In this document: positions 1 through 10,078 of the stretch, piece after piece
How the letters are laid out: each line of letters opens with the position of its first letter
Numbering within the stretch: position 1 is the first letter of the stretch
Assembly: GCA_963668315.1 (NCBI GenBank)
Contig: OY764216.1
Coordinates: 2,368,001 to 2,432,000, forward strand
Direction of reading: 5' to 3'
From: Spirochaetia bacterium
GTDB lineage: Bacteria > Spirochaetota > Spirochaetia > DSM-2461
Length of the DNA: 64,000 nt
Position numbers and translations under genes: made by a program
Notes under the pieces: model-generated
Told to the model about the DNA's origin: nothing
Database searches by the model: none
What the model saw: only the letters and a program-made list of their open reading frames with translations

Positions 1-2208
1 CTGGGCTTCCAGAGGTCTGGTATCCCGGGTGGCGGCAATCTTGAAGTCGGGGAATTTCTCCTCGATCTTTTTCTGCAGTTCCATTACGATCTTGGGATTG
101 ATCTCCTTTACGTCATGGATAAGGGAGAAGAGGCGGTAAACCGTGTCCTTGTCTCCTTCCATGATAAAGTCTTCCAGACGTTTCTCCTTGAAGAGGTAGG
201 TCTCGATGCCGCGGCTGATCTTTCTGTTGTTGGTGGCATCCTTTTTATTGGCGATGTCCCTGTAGGTCAGGTCAAGGAGGTGGATCAGGTTGATCAGGAC
301 CTTCTCGTACTTGATTCCCGTGCTCTCCTGCCAGGCTTCCACTTCTGCATAGGTTCTGGCTACCCAGAGGAAGGCTTCCCGGTATTCGCGGTAACGCTCA
401 ACCACATCGGTGAGAAGCTTGTTGACCCGTTCTTTGTAACCGGCGCCCTTGAGGTCGTCGATGATGTATTTGGTCTGGTAGAAGGGGAAGATGGAGAGGT
501 AAACCGCATCCCACTCTTCGATTTCCTGCCGGGTTCTGATAAGGAATTCCCGTCTCAGATCGGAATCCTCGATCTCCAGAAAGAGAGTCGTCACGTCTTC
601 GATATCGGAGAAGAGCTCCTTGAAACCCCAGTTCAGGCCGGGATTAAGGAAGGGGAACTTTCTTGCCGTTTTGGTGACGAGAAGATAGGAGCAAACCACG
701 TTATAGTTGACATTGGCCGTCTTCAGGTAGCCGACGAAGAACTGGAAAATCTCATTGAAGTAGTCCGAATTGGGGTCGGAGGCTTCCAGGAATTCCCGCA
801 TGTAGTTGATTCTCTTGAAAAAGTTCTTTTCCGTGCGGAAGCTGTTGTAGATTCTCTCTTCCAGGGACATGGGCTTGTCTCTGACAACGTAGTGGTCCAT
901 TTTGTCCGGGTCGTTTCCGAAGGCCGAATCGGTTTTCAGAATCTCCCTGGCCGTGCTGCTCCAGCCGGTCCACTCGCCCGGAGTGAGAATGGAGGGCACC
1001 AGTTCGGATTTGATTTTCTTTATGTCCGCGGTATTGTCAAAGCTTTTGATGATGGTCGTAAGAGCCCAGATATGGTCTCCCTTGATCTTGGCTTTGAGCT
1101 TGTCCTTGGGGAAAATGCTCTTGAGTACCCATATATGGTCTTTGGCCAGGCTCTGAAGGGCATTGACGGCCATTTTCAGAGACATGGTATGGTTTCTTTT
1201 TTTGGTGAAGTCGATGACGATGTCATCATCGACGATGGACTTGATGAGTCCAACGCCCCAGGTCTTATGGTAGACAAAGCTGCCCTGGTCAAAGGAAATG
1301 TGCTTTTCGAAGTCCGTAATAGCTTCGATGACATTTCGCCATCCCTGATTCAGGTTAGAGAGGCGGATATACTCATCCAGCTGGGAATGACCTTTGTACT
1401 TGTTGCGGTAGCACTCCACAATCTGGTTTCTGGCCAGGTTGTTCTTGGGATCGTAGGAAAGGATTTTCTTCAGAATCTCAATAGCCACGTCCCACTCTTC
1501 CTTGCCGAAAGTAGCGGGGTAGAGATCTTCAAGGAGTTGAACAGCCTTTTCCCCGTCCATAACGCGGGAAACCCTGTTCTCGATCAGAAACAGGAATTCG
1601 TACTCCTGCTCGCCGAGCTGTATGATTTTCTCCCAGATATCCTTGACAACGGAGAACTGCCCCTTGCTGATAAAACGGTGGATGGCTTTCTTGTAATAGT
1701 CAACGGCGCCTTCCGTATCCCCTTCCGCTTCCCTCTTCTCGGCAAGCTTTTTGACAATGGGGGCTTCTTCGTAATCAACATTGATCAATCTTTCCCAGAT
1801 CTCGAATTTCTCTTCGTTACGACCTTCGTTTGAGTAGTATTCCTCCAGAGTTCTCAGGGCGTACTTGTTTTCGCCGTACTCCAGAACCTTCTTGCAAAGG
1901 AATTCCACGATATTCCACTTATGATTATCCACAAAGATATTGATGAGATGAATCATTCCGGAATCGTCAAGCTGCTGGTGCTTGAGAGTCAAAAGTCCGG
2001 ATATGTAGAGTGAAATGATGCTGTTCTTATTCTTTTCCAGCTGCTCCCGGCAGAGCTCCATTACTTCCTTTTCCAGGTCGCTGCCGAAAACTTCCTCGAG
2101 AAGTTCATCGAACTCGTTGAAATTATTGATGGTGTAGCTGGACAGGGCCGCTCTGGTCCACTGTTCTTCGTTCAGCATACCGTTAACTTTGGCTTCAAGA
2201 TCCGACAT
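1..2208 (-). CDS. greA: Long spirochaete-type transcription elongation factor GreA (partial, runs off the window start)
   Basis: Absent from the ORF track because the stop lies outside the window. Manual translation from ATG 2208 gives MSDLEAKVNGMLNEEQWTRAALSSYTINNF, and EKFPDFKIAATRD at the window edge. The LNEExWTRAA start matches the extended GreA of spirochaetes; AGGAGG lies upstream. The Gre domain itself is outside the window. Confidence 0.8.
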   Translation of the reverse strand, partial: MSDLEAKVNGMLNEEQWTRAALSSYTINNFNEFDELLEEVFGSDLEKEVMELCREQLEKNKNSIISLYISGLLTLKHQQLDDSGMIHLINIFVDNHKWNIVEFLCKKVLEYGENKYALRTLEEYYSNEGRNEEKFEIWERLINVDYEEAPIVKKLAEKREAEGDTEGAVDYYKKAIHRFISKGQFSVVKDIWEKIIQLGEQEYEFLFLIENRVSRVMDGEKAVQLLEDLYPATFGKEEWDVAIEILKKILSYDPKNNLARNQIVECYRNKYKGHSQLDEYIRLSNLNQGWRNVIEAITDFEKHISFDQGSFVYHKTWGVGLIKSIVDDDIVIDFTKKRNHTMSLKMAVNALQSLAKDHIWVLKSIFPKDKLKAKIKGDHIWALTTIIKSFDNTADIKKIKSELVPSILTPGEWTGWSSTAREILKTDSAFGNDPDKMDHYVVRDKPMSLEERIYNSFRTEKNFFKRINYMREFLEASDPNSDYFNEIFQFFVGYLKTANVNYNVVCSYLLVTKTARKFPFLNPGLNWGFKELFSDIEDVTTLFLEIEDSDLRREFLIRTRQEIEEWDAVYLSIFPFYQTKYIIDDLKGAGYKERVNKLLTDVVERYREYREAFLWVARTYAEVEAWQESTGIKYEKVLINLIHLLDLTYRDIANKKDATNNRKISRGIETYLFKEKRLEDFIMEGDKDTVYRLFSLIHDVKEINPKIVMELQKKIEEKFPDFKIAATRDTRPLEAQ

Positions 2209-2229
2209 GTGCAGACATCCTCCTAATAT

Positions 2230-3156
2230 TTAACTGATGTATAATTTAAAAATATCCGGATCCAAGAGCTCAATTCTCTTCATTATATCCTCTATCTTCT
2301 CCCGCTCCTTTCCCGAAGACAGGTAATAATCAATTAATAGAAAATAGCGGTAGAGCAGGCGGGGTATGATCCGCCACTCCTTATCCGGTGATTTTAATTC
2401 GCTTCTTAATCCGTAAATCGACTGCCTGAGACGCCCTGCCTCAAGCTCCTTCATTTCCCGCTTTACATCGAACACTTCGTAAAGCACCGCGTAGACGGGA
2501 ATCCACTCCTTGACCTCGTTTTCGCTGCTCTTCCTCTCTCTTACCTTTTCAATCAGTCGTACCATATAGCCGGACTGTATCATTTCCAAATCTATTCCCT
2601 GCGGGTCTAGATAAAAGGCTTCCCGGAAAAGAACCTTGGAGTAATCTATTTCATTCAGAAGACCGTAGCAGTCTGCAAACTCCGCCATGATCTCCGCTGA
2701 ATTTCTGTTAAAACGGAGGGCTTCCTCCATCTGCCCGAGGGCATCATCGTACCTGCCTAGAAATTTACAGCACCGTCCCGTCCTGAGAAAAAAGGACGAA
2801 TCGGAGCTGGAAAACTGGGCTTTCTGCCTGTTGTAGGAGTTCAGAACTGTACCGAATACCCACTTCTTTACGCCTTCCGCACCCCTCTCGAAAGAGAAGG
2901 ATTCCTGCCGTCGGACGAAGGCGGCGAACCGAAACCACTGGGCGTACAGATAGTCTGCCCGCTCCACTTCCTCGGCTATTCCTTCAAGCTCTTCCAGACG
3001 GGATAACCAGAACGCGGCAATTTTGAGTCCATCGCTTACATGAGGATCGTTCAGATCTTCAGTCAGCATACGGCCCAGGTACGCCTGCGCTTCCAGGAAT
3101 TCTCCCGCTTCAAGCAACATGATGACCTGATCATTAGACTTTTTCTGCGCCATCAT
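2230..3156 (-). CDS. TPR-repeat protein, upstream of greA
   Basis: Helical TPR-like segments (GRCCKFLGRYDDALGQMEEALRFNRNSAEIMAEFADCY). Start placed at ATG 3156, 7 nt after TGATATAAT. Confidence 0.75.
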   Translation of the reverse strand: MMAQKKSNDQVIMLLEAGEFLEAQAYLGRMLTEDLNDPHVSDGLKIAAFWLSRLEELEGIAEEVERADYLYAQWFRFAAFVRRQESFSFERGAEGVKKWVFGTVLNSYNRQKAQFSSSDSSFFLRTGRCCKFLGRYDDALGQMEEALRFNRNSAEIMAEFADCYGLLNEIDYSKVLFREAFYLDPQGIDLEMIQSGYMVRLIEKVRERKSSENEVKEWIPVYAVLYEVFDVKREMKELEAGRLRQSIYGLRSELKSPDKEWRIIPRLLYRYFLLIDYYLSSGKEREKIEDIMKRIELLDPDIFKLYIS

Positions 3157-3215
3157 CCTTCCCATTATATCAGAGGTGTAAAGAAATGGGAAGACTGTGA
3201 ACCGGCTAATTCCCC

Positions 3216-3244
3216 TTGCTCCGTCGGTTTATTTTCCTTAGAAT
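3216..3244 (+). promoter_or_regulatory. sigma70-type promoter of recB (probably leaderless)
   Basis: TTGCTC-N17-TAGAAT, ending 6 nt before ATG 3251; no SD. Confidence 0.5.
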
Positions 3245-3250
3245 AGGCCC

Positions 3251-6200
3251 ATGCGGTCATTTAACTGGGAGAACTCTCCCCTGGATAGAAATATTCTCCT
3301 GGAAGCGTCGGCGGGGACGGGGAAAACCTATACCCTGGAAAGGCTTGTGATGCGTCTGGTCACGGAGAGGGAAATCCCTCTGCCCCGGATTCTTGTGGTC
3401 ACGTTCACTAATATGGCCGCCCGGGAGATGCAGGAGCGTATCGGCCGTCTTCTGAGCCGGGAGAGGGAATCAGCCGAGGGCCGAAAGGGAGAGCTCCTGC
3501 GAAGGGCGGTGCGGGACTTTGACCGGGCGTCGGTCTTCACCATCCACGGTTTCTGCACCCGGGTTCTTCAGACCCTGCCCTTCGAATGCGGCCTGGCCCC
3601 CGGAACGGAAGTAGGGGGGGAGGACGAGCTGACCGGCCGCCTTGTTCAGGACTGGTTCCGTAAAAACGAGGAGAGGAACGATCCCTTTCTCCTTCAGGGA
3701 TACCGGGCGGCCTATGACCGGAACAGGGGATTCGCCCCCCTTCTGAAAAGCATAGAAAACCATATCGCCTCGGAAAAGCTGAACGGCAGCTGGAGCCTGA
3801 TCCCCGGGGAGGAAGCGAAGGAGTTCTGGGAGGAGCTCTGCCTCAAATGGGAGCAGTCTTCCCTCTGGGAGAGCGCCTGCCGGCTGGCCTCTTCCTGCCG
3901 CGGGCTGGGAGAGCCCGGACAAATGTCGGGGCTTCTGAAGAGGGACGGACTGGGCAAACGGCTCGGACCCAAAACGGAAGGACTCTTCTACAGTCAGCTG
4001 GCCGATCTGGATAAGGGGAAGGACTGCTACGATTTCTTTACCCTCCTGGACGGCAAGAATTCCACCTTCTTTACCCAGCTCTCCCAGGCCGCCGACGAGG
4101 ATTTCTCAGGAACGTCGGATTTTACGAAGGCCTTCTCCGCCTTCGCCCTCTCCCTTCCCGGCGAAGTCTGGGAGCAGAAAAGCGTCTCCTCCCTCCTCGC
4201 CGGCCTGGCCCTGCTCTTTGAATTCCAGTGCGCCGGAGAGATTATCGCCGAACGGAACAGGGAACGACGGGGCACGGGGCAGCTGACATTCAACGATCTT
4301 ATAGACATGGTTCACGGCCTTCTGGCGGGACCGGAGAGCAAACCGGCCCTTCTCGATGCCCTGACCCGCCGCTATCAGGTGCTGCTTGTGGATGAATTCC
4401 AGGATACGGACTTTCGGCAGTGGGAAATATTCTCCCTGCTCTTCGGAGGAAAGGGGAAAAACTTCTTTCTCATAGGAGATCCCAAGCAGTCCATCTACCG
4501 GTTCAGGGGAGCCGATCTGAATGTGTATCTCGATGTAAGAGATTCCCTTCCCGAAGAGAACCGTTACCGGCTGGACAATAATTTCCGTTCCCATCCCCTT
4601 CTTCTGGACGGCTTCAACAGACTCTTCGCCCCCCTCTTCGGGGAGGAAGGGCGGCCCGGTTTCATCGGCTATTCCCCCGTAGGGGCGGGGCGGGACGATA
4701 TAGGCCTGCTCCTGGAAGGGGAGGTTCCCGTTCCGCCTATTGATTTTCTCCGTCTGGAGGGGGAGCCGGCCAACCGGGAAGAGGCTGTCGAACTGTGGCT
4801 GAATGCCCAGGCCGACCATATTCTGGATCTGCTGAGCGGTCCGGGCCATACCCTGAACGGGAAGAGGGTCCGTCCCTCCCATATCGCCGTACTGCTGGAG
4901 AACAATAAGCAGTGCGTGCGGTTCCAGGAACTTCTTTCCGACCGGGCCGTTCCGGCGGTCATATTCCAGGAAAGGGACGTCTTCGACTCCCGGGAAGTCT
5001 CCCTACCCCTGATGTTCCTGGAAGCCATGATCGGCCGTGACCGGGGTGAGTCCCTGAAGCGGCTTCTCCTGTCCCCTCTGGTGGGACTTAATCCGGCGGA
5101 GATGCTTTTTCTGGAAGACCGGGGGTATCTGGACAGTCTGATCCTTCGTTTCCGCCTCTATCGGGAGAAAACAGACCGGGGCGATCTGATAGGCCAGTTT
5201 TACCGCTTCTGCCGTCTGGGAAAGGATATCGCCCGCTTCCTGGCCGAAGGGGACGCCATCGATCCGGACAGAGCCGCCTATCTGGGAGAGAATTTCCTCA
5301 TCCGCCTGATGAGGGACAAGGGCGGGGAGAGACTCTATACCAATCTGCGCCATATACTGGAAATCCTCCATACCGAACAGCTGCAGAAAAGGCTGAATAC
5401 GACGGAACTGCACCGGTTCTGCCGTTCCGAGCTCTACCATTCCCACGGGGACGAGACCTTTCAGGTGCGCCTGGACCGGGACGGGGAAGCGGTCAGGATT
5501 ATGACCCTGCACAAATCCAAGGGACTACAGTTCCCCCTGGTTTTTTTCGGAGGCGGTCTTTACAGTGAAGTCATCAACAGGAAAAGCTCCTTTTATACCT
5601 TCCACAGGGGGGAGGCCAACTGGTGCGATTATCTCAAGGGGCAGGAGAACGGCGCCCGGGCCCGCCGGGAGGAGTGGGAGGAGAAGAAGCGCCTCTATTA
5701 TGTAGGGCTTACCCGGGCGGAATCGAAACTTTTCCTGCCCCTGTTCGAGAACTGGGACAACAACTGGCTCTCCTGGTTTTACGACCAGGTCTCCTCTGCG
5801 GAGCTGGCAGAAACGGACCCCTTCGAAAAGAGCATCCTCTCCCTTCCCGGAGGAACGGCCCAGAAAAGCTGTGAAGCCCTGGCCGCCGCAGAGCCCGCTC
5901 TCTTCCGGATCGTCTCTCCCTTTCCCGGAGAGGGACGCTATACGTCCGCCGACAGATCCGAGCCTCTGGAAAAACCCGTGCTTCCCCCGCTGAAACTGAA
6001 TGAAAGATATCCTTCCCTCCTAAGCTTCTCCTCCCTGACGGATGAGGGTGAGAAGAGCGGGGATGCGGTCCATGACGAGGAGAGAGCCCAGGAAGCCGAT
6101 TATGATGAGGGCCGGGACGATCCCGAGGAGGGGGAGAAGGAAATTACCCCGGAAAACATTCCCGGCGGTACCGGTCTGGGAAACCTTGTTCATGCCCTTT

Positions 6201-6883
6201 TTGAAGAGATTGATTACAGGATGGCGGATACGGGGCTGAACGCTTTCGAAGAATCGGAAGAAGCCGACGCCTTCATCCGGGAAAAGGCCCTCTTCTATTT
6301 CAAGTCGGACTGGTTCCGCCAGTTCGGACGCACCGTCAAGCATATGGTCTGGAATACGCTGAACGCTCCTCTGCCCATGGAAGGTGAGGAGAAGAAAACC
6401 CTCTGCCTCAAGGATCTGCCTGCAGATAAACGCCTTCATGAGCTGGAATTTCTCATTAAAATGAGGCCCGGGGGGCAGGTAAGCCTCGATTCGTTTTTCC
6501 AGACCACATCCCGGGGGTATCTGAAGGGATTTATCGACCTGATTTTTTTCCATGAAGGACGCTTCTATATCGCCGACTGGAAAACGACCCGATGCGCAGC
6601 AAACGACCGCCATCCCTACGGTGAGGAGTCGGTCCGGGCCATTATGGATGACCACCGCTATCATCTGCAGTACTGGATATACACGGCTGCCTTTCATCTG
6701 TTCATGGTCCGAAGCCGTCCCGATTTCGATTACGACAGGGATTTCGGCGGCATCTTCTATTTCTTCAATCGGGGCATGAAACCCGATTCTCCGGGCAGGG
6801 GGGTCTTTTTCACCCGGCCGGGGAAAGAGGACCTGATCCGCTTTTACGAGAACTTTACCGAGGAGACCTGCCGTGAACTTTAA
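3251..6883 (+). CDS. recB: Exodeoxyribonuclease V beta subunit (SF1 helicase plus PD-(D/E)xK nuclease)
   Basis: EASAGTGKT, VTFT, TIHGFC, LVDEFQDTD, IGDPKQSIYRFRGAD, TLHKSKGLQFP, YVGLTRA; C-terminal GFIDLIF...DWKT and YHLQYWIY; 1210 aa. Confidence 0.95.
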   Translation: MRSFNWENSPLDRNILLEASAGTGKTYTLERLVMRLVTEREIPLPRILVVTFTNMAAREMQERIGRLLSRERESAEGRKGELLRRAVRDFDRASVFTIHGFCTRVLQTLPFECGLAPGTEVGGEDELTGRLVQDWFRKNEERNDPFLLQGYRAAYDRNRGFAPLLKSIENHIASEKLNGSWSLIPGEEAKEFWEELCLKWEQSSLWESACRLASSCRGLGEPGQMSGLLKRDGLGKRLGPKTEGLFYSQLADLDKGKDCYDFFTLLDGKNSTFFTQLSQAADEDFSGTSDFTKAFSAFALSLPGEVWEQKSVSSLLAGLALLFEFQCAGEIIAERNRERRGTGQLTFNDLIDMVHGLLAGPESKPALLDALTRRYQVLLVDEFQDTDFRQWEIFSLLFGGKGKNFFLIGDPKQSIYRFRGADLNVYLDVRDSLPEENRYRLDNNFRSHPLLLDGFNRLFAPLFGEEGRPGFIGYSPVGAGRDDIGLLLEGEVPVPPIDFLRLEGEPANREEAVELWLNAQADHILDLLSGPGHTLNGKRVRPSHIAVLLENNKQCVRFQELLSDRAVPAVIFQERDVFDSREVSLPLMFLEAMIGRDRGESLKRLLLSPLVGLNPAEMLFLEDRGYLDSLILRFRLYREKTDRGDLIGQFYRFCRLGKDIARFLAEGDAIDPDRAAYLGENFLIRLMRDKGGERLYTNLRHILEILHTEQLQKRLNTTELHRFCRSELYHSHGDETFQVRLDRDGEAVRIMTLHKSKGLQFPLVFFGGGLYSEVINRKSSFYTFHRGEANWCDYLKGQENGARARREEWEEKKRLYYVGLTRAESKLFLPLFENWDNNWLSWFYDQVSSAELAETDPFEKSILSLPGGTAQKSCEALAAAEPALFRIVSPFPGEGRYTSADRSEPLEKPVLPPLKLNERYPSLLSFSSLTDEGEKSGDAVHDEERAQEADYDEGRDDPEEGEKEITPENIPGGTGLGNLVHALFEEIDYRMADTGLNAFEESEEADAFIREKALFYFKSDWFRQFGRTVKHMVWNTLNAPLPMEGEEKKTLCLKDLPADKRLHELEFLIKMRPGGQVSLDSFFQTTSRGYLKGFIDLIFFHEGRFYIADWKTTRCAANDRHPYGEESVRAIMDDHRYHLQYWIYTAAFHLFMVRSRPDFDYDRDFGGIFYFFNRGMKPDSPGRGVFFTRPGKEDLIRFYENFTEETCREL

Positions 6884-8555
6884 GGCTCTGTATAATCCCG
6901 CCCGGGAGGAGGGTGCCGAGTGGTACCAGATTTTTCTCGCCGAAAGGCTGGCCGGAGAAGCCGGAGGGGAAGGGGAGCTCTTCTTTTTCCTCCTCTCCCT
7001 GTTCAAGGAGAATGAATCGGGCCATCTGAGAATCGAACTGAAGGAGGAGGAGGGGGAACTGCTCTCCCGGTATTCTTCCTTCTTCCGCTCTTCCCTGTCT
7101 CCCTTTGTCATTACGGAGGACGGCCGTTTCCTCTATACAAAACGAAGAAAAGCTCAGGAGGACCGTTTCATCGAACTGCTGAACGCCCTGCTTTCCCGCC
7201 GGCCGGAGCCTCTTGTTTCCGATCTTGACCGATTTTGGGACCAGGCGTCCGAAGGGATAGAGCCCCCTTTGACTCCCGAGGTGATGAACGGCTGCCGGCA
7301 GGTCAACGGCAGGGCTTTCTATATCATCACCGGCGGGCCCGGAACGGGAAAGACCACCGCTCTTTCCGGAATCATCCGCGTTCTGAACCGGGCGTCGGAG
7401 CTGGCCGGCAGACCGGCTCCGAGAATGGCTCTGGCCGCTCCCACGGGAAGGGCCGCCAAAAGGATGGAACAGAGCCTGGGTGCCCGGGGAATCGCCGGGA
7501 CGGCCAGAACCCTCCACAAGCTTCTGGGGATCTCCTTTGACAAGGGCACTCCCCGGTTCGACCGGGAGAATCCGCTGCCCGCCGACCTCATCGTTGTGGA
7601 CGAGGCTTCCATGATAGACCTCCGCATGATGACTCTGCTGTTCGACGCCCTGCCTCCCGGGGGGCATCTCCTTCTGGTGGGCGACAAGGATCAGCTTCCC
7701 TCCGTGGAGGCGGGGGCTCTCTTTTCTGACTTTCTCTACCGCTCCGAAGAACCGGGGCACAGAATGGGCGACCGGATTCTCATGCTCCGCAACGTCTACC
7801 GCTCTCACCGGGATATTATCACCCTGGCCGGCCATATTATCGAGGGAAGGAAGGAAGACGCTCTCGCTTTTCTTAAGAATGAGGCGGGGGGCGATATGGT
7901 ACAGTACCGGCACCTGCCGGAGAAAGCGGAAAGCCTTTACCGGGAGATCACGGCCTTCTACCGGAGCGGTCAGCCCCGGCAGACCGACGGTTTCCCCTGG
8001 CCTGTGAGCCGCTGGGAAGAGGGCAGGAAAGAGCTTGACCGATGGTTTGAATTCTATAACGAGAGAATCATTCTCTGCCCGTCGAGAAAAGGTCTTATGG
8101 GGGTGGAAAGGCTGAACAGGGAGATCCGGGACCGTCTCTTTTCCCGTTCCCTTCACGGGATTCCCCTCATGATGACAAGCAATGACTACGAACTCGACCT
8201 CTATAACGGAGACAGGGGTATTCTGTTTCTCCTCGCGGGAGAGCCCCATGTCTTCTTCGCCGACGGGGAGAATTACCGCCACATACCCCTTGCCTATCTG
8301 GAGGAGTGGGAATACAGCTGGGTGCAGACCATCCACAAAAGCCAGGGGTCCGAGTTCCGGGAAGTCTCCGTTATTCTGCCCGAGGGGGCCGAAAGGCTGC
8401 TCTCCCGGGAAATCCTCTATACCGCGTTAACCCGGGCGAAAGAGAAGGTTTCCCTTTACAGCAGCGATGAAACGGTGAAACTCTGCATCGGCAGAGGAGT
8501 CTACCGGAGCTCACGGATCAAAGAAGTTCTTTCAGCTGATCCTTCGCCTGCCTGA
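6873..8555 (+). CDS. recD: Exodeoxyribonuclease V alpha subunit
   Basis: GGPGTGKTT, APTGRAAKR, VDEASMID, GDKDQLPSVEAG, TIHKSQGSEF, YTALTRAK; GTG start overlapping the recB end, with AGGAG SD. Confidence 0.95.
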   Translation: MNFKALYNPAREEGAEWYQIFLAERLAGEAGGEGELFFFLLSLFKENESGHLRIELKEEEGELLSRYSSFFRSSLSPFVITEDGRFLYTKRRKAQEDRFIELLNALLSRRPEPLVSDLDRFWDQASEGIEPPLTPEVMNGCRQVNGRAFYIITGGPGTGKTTALSGIIRVLNRASELAGRPAPRMALAAPTGRAAKRMEQSLGARGIAGTARTLHKLLGISFDKGTPRFDRENPLPADLIVVDEASMIDLRMMTLLFDALPPGGHLLLVGDKDQLPSVEAGALFSDFLYRSEEPGHRMGDRILMLRNVYRSHRDIITLAGHIIEGRKEDALAFLKNEAGGDMVQYRHLPEKAESLYREITAFYRSGQPRQTDGFPWPVSRWEEGRKELDRWFEFYNERIILCPSRKGLMGVERLNREIRDRLFSRSLHGIPLMMTSNDYELDLYNGDRGILFLLAGEPHVFFADGENYRHIPLAYLEEWEYSWVQTIHKSQGSEFREVSVILPEGAERLLSREILYTALTRAKEKVSLYSSDETVKLCIGRGVYRSSRIKEVLSADPSPA

Positions 8556-9096
8556 CGACTTCGTTATACTGGCCGTCCATGGCGGCCTGCTGGTTCTGGA
8601 GAATGTTCATGAACTCCGGATCCTGTTCGGGCCTTAACCGGATATCTTGACCTGTCTGCTCTCTCAGCTGGGCTTCCTTGCGGCGCAGCTGCGGCTCAAG
8701 CTGGGCAGCCAGAGACTCCATGAGCTGTTCCTTGGAATCCAGGTACTGGGCAAAGAAATTCTTCAGCTGACCGAAAAGGGATGTGAGCATCTCCTGTTTG
8801 TCCGGCGTATCCATGAGCCGGGAAAATCCTTCCTCAAGGCGTGTCAGTCCCGCCAGCTCCTCATTTACACGGGGAAGCTTCAGGTTCAAGAGGAGCGTCT
8901 CTATCAGAACCGAACGGAAATGCTCTTTCTCGTCATTTCCCTCCAGGGCCAGGGGGCAGTCTTCCCCGCTCAGAAAACGGGCAGCCTGCTTTTTCGCTTC
9001 CTTCGCCGCTTCCGCCCGGTGCACGGCGCCTCTGTCCGCTTCGACGTTGGCGGTTTTTTCCATGGCCAGCTCCAGGGCCGATTTGATTTTTGACAT
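8518..9096 (-). CDS. Conserved hypothetical helical protein (MSKIKSALELAMEKT N-terminus)
   Basis: 192-aa ORF with GAGGGAG SD and coiled-coil character; 38-nt convergent overlap with recD. Confidence 0.75.
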   Translation of the reverse strand: MSKIKSALELAMEKTANVEADRGAVHRAEAAKEAKKQAARFLSGEDCPLALEGNDEKEHFRSVLIETLLLNLKLPRVNEELAGLTRLEEGFSRLMDTPDKQEMLTSLFGQLKNFFAQYLDSKEQLMESLAAQLEPQLRRKEAQLREQTGQDIRLRPEQDPEFMNILQNQQAAMDGQYNEVVRQAKDQLKELL

Positions 9097-9127
9097 GCTA
9101 CAGATTCTCCCTCTTAATATATCGGAT

Positions 9128-10078
9128 CTAAAGGCACTTCTTGAGCCTGTAGATCAGCCGCCCCTCAAAGGATTCCCCCTCCTCCAGGTAGGGATAAAGG
9201 GAATCGGGAATAAGGGAACGAACTTCCTGACTGATAACCAACTCGTCCCGGCTCTCCTTGCGGCAGGCCATATGGAAGAGTGTATTAATGGAATCGGAAA
9301 CGATGCTGCCCGTCTCGCCCCGTTTTCTGAAAACGGTGGAGCCCAGATGGAGGGCCAGGCGGAATGTCGTTTGTACTTCGTAATCGCTGAAACGGCTGAT
9401 CCTTCTGTTCAGGTAGCACTCCATGGCCGCTTCCATGGCATAGAAATTCTGACCGTTGAAGGGAAACAGATAGACCCCTCCCCAGCCGTTCCAGAGCCAC
9501 TGATAGCCGTACCAGGCGTCCATATGCTCGTTCAGCCACTCCATGAACTCCCGGTTGAACCGTTCCGCCCCTTCCTGCCCCAGGATCTCCTGGACACGCA
9601 TCATATCGTCGAGGCCTGCGTAAAGCATGGCGAAGACATACTCCTCGCCCTCTTCTATCCCGTCCCAGTCTACTCCGGAATAGGGAACGGAGCTGTCCAG
9701 GTCTTCATTTATATAACGCCTGTCAATAGGATTAAGACGCTGAGCCTGTTCGAGCCTTTCCCGGCTGATGCCTTTCTCCAGAAGCTGGGCGCTGATGTAA
9801 TCCACCGCTCCGTAATGAAAAAAGTAGGCCGGATCTTCCGTGGGGGCCAGTCCCTCCACAACGGCGAAGCGCAGGTCGTTTCTGCTGCTGAGGTAGGAGA
9901 AGTGCTGATTCAGGGCCTCGTGGCTGTGACCTTCCCTGTCCAGATAGATCACGGCGCCCCTGACCTGACGGCAGATCTCCCTCAAGTTGTCGGGATTATG
10001 AAATTCCAGCGGTTCGTAGCCGCTCTCCATGAAGCATTCTCTTATCGGCTCCCTGTCTGTGAACACCAGATATTTCAT
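9128..10078 (-). CDS. Degenerate receiver-like domain plus degenerate class III nucleotidyl cyclase domain
   Basis: ATG 10078 overlaps the upstream TGA (ATGA). N-terminal VIYLD...FHYGAVDYI is REC-like; C-terminal FRLALHLG...GSIVSDSINTLFHM...LVISQEV fits the cyclase fold. Confidence 0.7.
   Translation of the reverse strand: MKYLVFTDREPIRECFMESGYEPLEFHNPDNLREICRQVRGAVIYLDREGHSHEALNQHFSYLSSRNDLRFAVVEGLAPTEDPAYFFHYGAVDYISAQLLEKGISRERLEQAQRLNPIDRRYINEDLDSSVPYSGVDWDGIEEGEEYVFAMLYAGLDDMMRVQEILGQEGAERFNREFMEWLNEHMDAWYGYQWLWNGWGGVYLFPFNGQNFYAMEAAMECYLNRRISRFSDYEVQTTFRLALHLGSTVFRKRGETGSIVSDSINTLFHMACRKESRDELVISQEVRSLIPDSLYPYLEEGESFEGRLIYRLKKCL

Noticed and set aside
115..1833. 572-aa + strand ORF
   Set aside because: In-register antisense shadow of greA; V/L/D/G-biased composition, no motifs. 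The real gene is missing from the track only because its stop is outside the window.
6020..8336. 363-aa and 493-aa minus-strand ORFs
   Set aside because: Antisense to recB and recD, which have unambiguous motifs.
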